Source of the DNA: Salpingoeca rosetta
Lineage: Eukaryota > Protista > Choanoflagellata
Direction: 5' to 3'
NCBI GenBank assembly: GCA_033442325.1
Contig: JAWQFM010000034.1
Location: 610,107-620,056 of the forward strand
Length of the DNA stretch: 9,950 nucleotides
Shown in pieces: positions 1 to 9,950 of this stretch. The notes under the pieces are model-generated. The model was not told the origin of the DNA. It was given only the letters and a program-made list of their open reading frames with translations, and searched no databases. The position numbers and the translations under genes were made by a program. Each line of letters starts with the position of its first letter. Positions within the stretch are counted from its first letter, which is position 1.

Positions 1-35
1 CCACAGACACACAGACATACAGACATACATGATAC

Positions 36-1075
36 CTCTGCGGGCTGGAGGGCGGCGGAAGCGGGGGCGAGCACCACCATCGCCGCGGCCGAGCAGTGAC
101 GGAGCAAGGTTGGAGCGGGGGCCGGCATCATCGTCACCAAACTGGCGCCGCACTGGCAGGTGATGGATAGTTGCAGTGAGGGTGAGAGGGTGGGGGGTGG
201 GGTGTGGATGTGGACGAAAAGAAGGGGACTGGTGAAAGGGATGTGTTGTGGCGTGTGGTAGTGAGTCGTGGTCCGTTGGTGTAACGCCAGATGATGGGAC
301 TATCAGAGGACACAGGTGAACACACAGACACGCACACACACACAGACACACACAGACACAGATACAGACACAGATACAGACACACACAGAGACATGCGCG
401 CGCGTGCCGCATGGGCCTTACGGGGCTTCTTGGTTGCCTTGTCCTCGAGCTTTTCTTGGCGCTTCTTTTCTTGTCGCAGGCGCTCTGCTTCCTCAGCAAG
501 GCGCAGGTTGCGCTCCACCTGCCGTGCCCGCGCCGCCATCATCTTCTGTTCATCTGCGTGGAACGCATGTGTGTGTGTGTGTGTGCGTGTGCGTGAGTTG
601 GGTATTTCAGCAGGGGTGGCAACTGGTGGTGAGCACGGGACAGCACTCTGATACGAGATGGCGGTGGGCTCACCCGTGTGCACTTCAGGCAGCTCTGTCA
701 GCTTCTGCTTCACTTGCTGGATCCTGGGCCTGTGTATGACATGGTGTGACGTGATTATGGCATGCAGGTTACGTGCGAGTTGAGAGAAACATCCACCAGC
801 CAGCGCAATGCCCACATGTCCCGAATTTGTGGTTGTACATGTGTGTGTGTTGGACCATGTGTGTTTTGTGTGTATGCAGATGTGTGTGTGTGTGTGGGCG
901 GCGGCACGCATGTGTGCCACCCCGACAGACCTCATGTTCCTGTACCCAATGTAGAGCAGCGTCAACACCCCCGACGATGAACCCACCCAAGCTGCTAGAA
1001 CATATGGAGGACTACAGGAAGCGTATTTCATGGAGGAACAAGTATGGTTGAGGCAAAGAGGAGAGAGAGAAAATG

Positions 1076-1129
<54 letters not shown>

Positions 1130-1359
1130 GTGTGTGCGTGGGTGGGTGTTATTGTGAGTGGGTCTCATGCATGACACGAATCAATGCCTCAATGTTATTC
1201 ACACACATGCACATGCACACACATGCACACACATTCTCACACACATGCACACACATGCACACACACACCTTGGCCGAGGATGGCGTAGAACCAATTGGTG
1301 CCACCACCACCACCACCATCAGCGACACCTTCACCACCACCACTGCTGTCGTTGTCCAT
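36..1359 (-). CDS. SELENOS: Selenoprotein S (SELENOS/VIMP)-like ER membrane protein, spliced, 3'-partial (last exon lies left of the window)
   Basis: GT-AG exons with consistent phases: 1359-1269, 994-931 (acceptor uncertain, see findings), 729-674, 553-422, 152-36. Product: MDNDSSGGGEGVADGGGGGGTNWFYAILGQ-AAWVGSSSGVLTLLYIGYRNMR-PRIQQVKQKLTELPEVHT-DEQKMMAARARQVERNLRLAEEAERLRQEKKRQEKLEDKATKKP-LRRQFGDDDAGPRSNLAPSLLGRGDGGARPRFRRPPARRG. The architecture matches SelS as I recall it: one N-terminal TM ending LLY, a coiled coil with a VIM-like AAxxR (human QEALAAARLKMQEEL..EEEKRRQKIE), KPLR, and a Gly/Pro/Arg-rich tail (human [35 protein letters not shown]). The Sec codon itself is not visible in the window. 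Confidence 0.75.
1077..1140. repeat. (TG)n microsatellite in SELENOS-like intron 1
   Basis: Near-perfect TG run. Confidence 0.95.
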
Positions 1360-1442
1360 CGTTGTCGTTGTTGTTGAATGAATGAATGAATGTGCGAAGC
1401 AATTGAAACAAGACTGACTTCAGTCGTGTAAGCCGAGGTTGG

Positions 1443-1450
1443 TTTATGTA
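1443..1450 (+). promoter_or_regulatory. TATA-like element upstream of tRNA-Sec
   Basis: TTTATGTA at about -29 to -22 from the mature tRNA 5' end. Metazoan tRNA-Sec genes use an upstream TATA at about this position. Imperfect match. Confidence 0.4.
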
Positions 1451-1471
1451 TGCAGAATTTTTCGGCGGCCA

Positions 1472-1558
1472 GCTTGGATGAGTCGGGACGGTTCCCGGGG
1501 CGGGCTTCAAACCCGTGGGTCACAAGCGTGGCAGCGGTTCGACTCCGCCCTCCGAGCG
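1472..1558 (+). tRNA. tRNA-Sec: tRNA-Sec (selenocysteine tRNA, anticodon TCA at 1507-1509), 87 nt, eukaryotic 9/4 structure
   Basis: Folds as GCTTGGATG AG TCGGGA CGGT TCCCGG GGCGGG CTTCAAA CCCGTG G GTCAC AAGC GTGGC A GCGG TTCGACT CCGC CCTCCGAGC G. This gives a 9-position acceptor stem (one T:C mismatch), 6-bp D stem with 4-nt loop, CTTCAAA anticodon loop, long variable arm (5 bp), 4-bp T stem with TTCGACT loop and discriminator G. It is segment-for-segment colinear with vertebrate tRNA-Sec and followed by oligo-T. Confidence 0.96.
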
Positions 1559-1565
1559 TCTTTGC

Positions 1566-1583
1566 TTTTGTCTTTTTTTTTTT
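1566..1583 (+). terminator. RNA polymerase III oligo-T terminator of tRNA-Sec
   Basis: T4 at 1566-1569 and T11 at 1573-1583, starting 8 nt after the tRNA 3' end. Confidence 0.8.
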
Positions 1584-1623
1584 GCCTCGGACTGCTGTGC
1601 AATCGTGCTTGCTCGACCTTGCG

Positions 1624-2609
<986 letters not shown>

Positions 2610-2762
2610 CCGCGTTCAGATGAATACTCTGACGTTATCGTTGTCATTCCCTTCCCTGCTGTTGCTCCTTAGTCTTGTTTTGGTCAACCCCCTTCGTAGT
2701 CTCGGTTTCAAAAGTAAACGACATCAATGCCATGTGAATTCATTGTCTTTTCCAGTGCTCTC

Positions 2763-2763
<1 letters not shown>

Positions 2764-2798
<35 letters not shown>

Positions 2799-2799
2799 C
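2764..2799. repeat. (AAC)12 trinucleotide repeat between the convergent PDRG1-like and RPS6 3' ends
   Basis: Direct reading. Confidence 0.95.
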
Positions 2800-3055
2800 C
2801 TCCCACACACACACACACACTGTCTTGCCTGCGAGCTAGCTGTGAGTGTTTACTGTCTTTTGGGATTGCTTCGTCCACCACGTTGTTGGCGTGTCAGAGA
2901 AACAAAAGCGGCACGAGCCAACCAACACCAGCACGGGGGGAAGAACATGATGGGCAGCAGCGGGAGCAGCAGCCAAACGCCACACAGGGGAAGAAGGACT
3001 CAGGCGAATACAACAGGCAGCAACAAGGACGAGATACCGAGCAAGCCGGGGGCGC

Positions 3056-4950
3056 TTACTTGCGCTCGCTGGCACGGCTCTTCCTTGAGGATGCACGGCG
3101 GGCGTCGCGGGCCTCGGAGCGCTCCTTCTGAAGGGCAGCAAGGCGCTGTGCATACTCATCAGCCAGTGCCCTCTGCTTCTCACGCTGTGCGCGCTTGGCG
3201 GCGAGCCTGCAAAGTGGTGCGAGGAGAAGGTGAGGTGAGGGATCATGAGCGTTCGACACAAAACAGGCAAAGCAATGCAATGCAGTGGGTGGTGCGTGTA
3301 GGCACACACAAGTGCATGTGTGGGTGTGTTTGTTGGTGTGCATGGGAAACAGTCACACTGAACAGAACCAACGTCAACATGCTTCCCGACAACCGTGACA
3401 ACACAACACGCCCTGGAGACAAACAACAAGCGCGTCGCCCACAACAAGCACCCATCCACTGCGACACAGAGCAAATAAGAATCAAAAGACGTACTCGGCC
3501 TTCTTGCGGGCAAGACGGCGTGGGGTGACCAGGCGCTGGATCTTGGGCTTCTTGACAATGTTCTTCTTGCCCTCGCGCTTGACAACACGGCGCACGGCAA
3601 ACTTGCGGACGTCGTCCTCCTTGCTCAGGTTGAAGAGCTTGCGGATGTTGTTGGCGCGCTTGGGGCCAAGGCGGCGGGGGCGGGTTGTGTCTGTGAGGCC
3701 CTCAATGTCCTTCTCGCCAGTCTTCACGACGACGCAGCTGAGGACGGAGAGGTTGGCATCGACGATGCAGCCGCGGATGCTCTTCTTCTTGCGGGCGCCC
3801 TTGCGGCGCTCACGGAAGTTGGGAGAGCCCTTACCCAGAAGCAGACGCACGCGCTTGTTGGTCAGGATACCCTGGCGCATGGGGAAGCCCTGCTTGTCGT
3901 TGCCGCCTGTCGTACAAAAGTTGTGGGGCAGGGAAAGGAGGCAAAGACGGCGACAAAGAGGCCAAGAGTTGCGCGCACGTGAGTGTTCATGGCAGGATGG
4001 AATGCGATTGAATGTGGGGTGTTGGGCATGTGTGCCATATCGTTGGCACGTGGTCCAACGGGCCCGCAGCAGCTCAAACCACAACAAATGCCAGCCAACG
4101 TGCTAATGACGCCTCGTTCCATCTCCACCAGCACATCTGCTGCAGTTGTGTCAATGGCCGTCGCCTCTCTTTTCAACGCTTGACCGATGCCACACCCCAC
4201 GCCACTCTCGCACCGCACCATACCATACCGCTACACTGCCAACAGCCCACACACGCTGCCACGTACGCCACCACAGGAGGCACATGGACGTACCGGTGAT
4301 CCTCAGGACGTAGCCCTTCCATTCATCGCCGAGGGAGTCGGCGGGCACCTCGGATGCGATGCGCTTGTCGTAGAAAGGGCGGATCTTCGACTCATCCTCG
4401 AAGTCGAAGGTCTTCTGAGTCGCGTTCGCCGGATACGAGATGTTCAGCTGCAGTGGCAAGATGAAAGAGGACGAACAAGGACGGGAGAGGGAAATGTGAT
4501 TAAAGTGGCAGGCGCGTGTGAGCAAATGGTGGCACATGGCAGATCTGGTGTTGCGTGCGTGCGTGCGAGCGTGCGTGCGTGCGTGCTAATTCGTGGTGGT
4601 GTTGGTGGTGGTGACTCTTGTGCATGTGCGTATGTTCATGCGGGCTGGTGCTCATGATCCACTCAGTGTGTGGATCGCAGTGGAGCACCACGCACACCAC
4701 ATGAGCACGCGCATGTGGTGGTGGTGGTGGTGGTGGACTGCTGTTCTTCGCTGCGGTGAAGAGAGCAGCGACACCGGCGTGGCACACCAGCGTGGCACCC
4801 AGCTCGGCAACGGCCGTCGCCCACTGCACACACACAGGCTGCAGCAAGCAAGCCTCGTGTGCGTGCACGCCGCGCTCATCATATCCGACCCTCCAAGCAC
4901 AAGGCCAGCCAGCCCACGCACACTCTCGAGTGTCTCTCTCTCACCTTCAT
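3056..4950 (-). CDS. RPS6: 40S ribosomal protein S6 (eS6), 4 exons, 240 aa, complete
   Basis: Exons 4950-4945 (ATG AAG), 4447-4294, 3906-3495, 3206-3056 (TAA); all GT-AG with matching phases, 723 nt total. [77 protein letters not shown]...[25 protein letters not shown]...PKIQRLVTP...[14 protein letters not shown]; hallmark eS6 motifs. Confidence 0.98.
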
Positions 4951-4976
4951 GCTGGCGGTGTGCTCTGAGTGCGGAC

Positions 4977-4988
4977 GAGAGAAAAAGG
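4977..4988 (-). promoter_or_regulatory. Polypyrimidine TCT-initiator / 5'TOP-like motif of RPS6
   Basis: Minus strand reads CCTTTTTCTCTC (12 pyrimidines starting with C), ending 26 nt before the RPS6 ATG, as expected for a ribosomal-protein mRNA start. The TSS is not demonstrated. Confidence 0.6.
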
Positions 4989-5304
4989 CACGTTGGTTCA
5001 CAAAACACCGAGTCACTTTATGGAGAGTGGGAGACACGGAAAACTTTGGCAAATCTTAAACAATTTGGCGCTCAGCCAGAAATCACTGCAAGGTTTCTGC
5101 GATAGCACAAACAGCGCCCAACCGTGTTTTGTGGTGTCGGACCGTGGCAACTGTTTTGATTTTTTTCAGCGGCAGTGGCACAATCTCCACAACCGCACTC
5201 ACAACACCCTCGCACACAAACCACGTCGCTCCTCTCCTGTTCTGTGTCCGTCGCTCCTCCATCCCATCTCCCGTCACGCTACCCCCCCCCCCTCCTGCGA
5301 GGCG

Positions 5305-9911
<4,607 letters not shown>

Positions 9912-9950
9912 GTCAGTGCGTGTGTGCGTCTGGTGAATGTGTGTGTGTGT

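Noticed and set aside
1450-1623. N-terminal extension of the PDRG1-like ORF from ATG 1450
   Set aside because: It would translate through the tRNA-Sec and its poly-T terminator; homology begins after ATG 1624.
3504-4106. 200-aa plus-strand ORF ([12 protein letters not shown]...)
   Set aside because: Antisense shadow of RPS6 exon 3 caused by strong codon bias.
4663-4882. C box (ATGATGA, minus 4882-4876) and D box (CTGA, minus 4666-4663) as a C/D snoRNA or U3
   Set aside because: About 220 nt apart with a (CCA)n repeat between them, no convincing terminal stem and no U3 box A/B motifs.
5141-5150. RFX X-box-like CGTGGCAAC in the RPS6/CPT2 spacer
   Set aside because: Only a half site, and neither neighbour is a ciliary gene.

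Overview
Eukaryotic, intron-rich genomic DNA with CA/GT-microsatellite-filled introns; the style suggests a choanoflagellate such as Salpingoeca rosetta (inference). Most ORFs in the supplied track are microsatellite or antisense artefacts. Manual splicing gives four protein genes in a compact arrangement. (1) A selenoprotein S (SELENOS/VIMP)-like gene on the minus strand, 1359 to <36, with its 3' end beyond the window. (2) A PDRG1-like prefoldin-family gene on the plus strand, 1624-2609, interrupted by a 100-N gap. (3) A complete RPS6 on the minus strand, 4950-3056. (4) The first 16 exons of carnitine palmitoyltransferase 2 on the plus strand, 5305 to >9911. The key observation is an 87-nt selenocysteine tRNA (anticodon TCA, eukaryotic 9/4 fold) at 1472-1558. 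It sits in the 264-bp gap between the divergent SELENOS-like and PDRG1-like start codons, head-to-head with the putative selenoprotein gene. This looks like a candidate eukaryotic selenium mini-cluster with overlapping Pol III and Pol II promoters.
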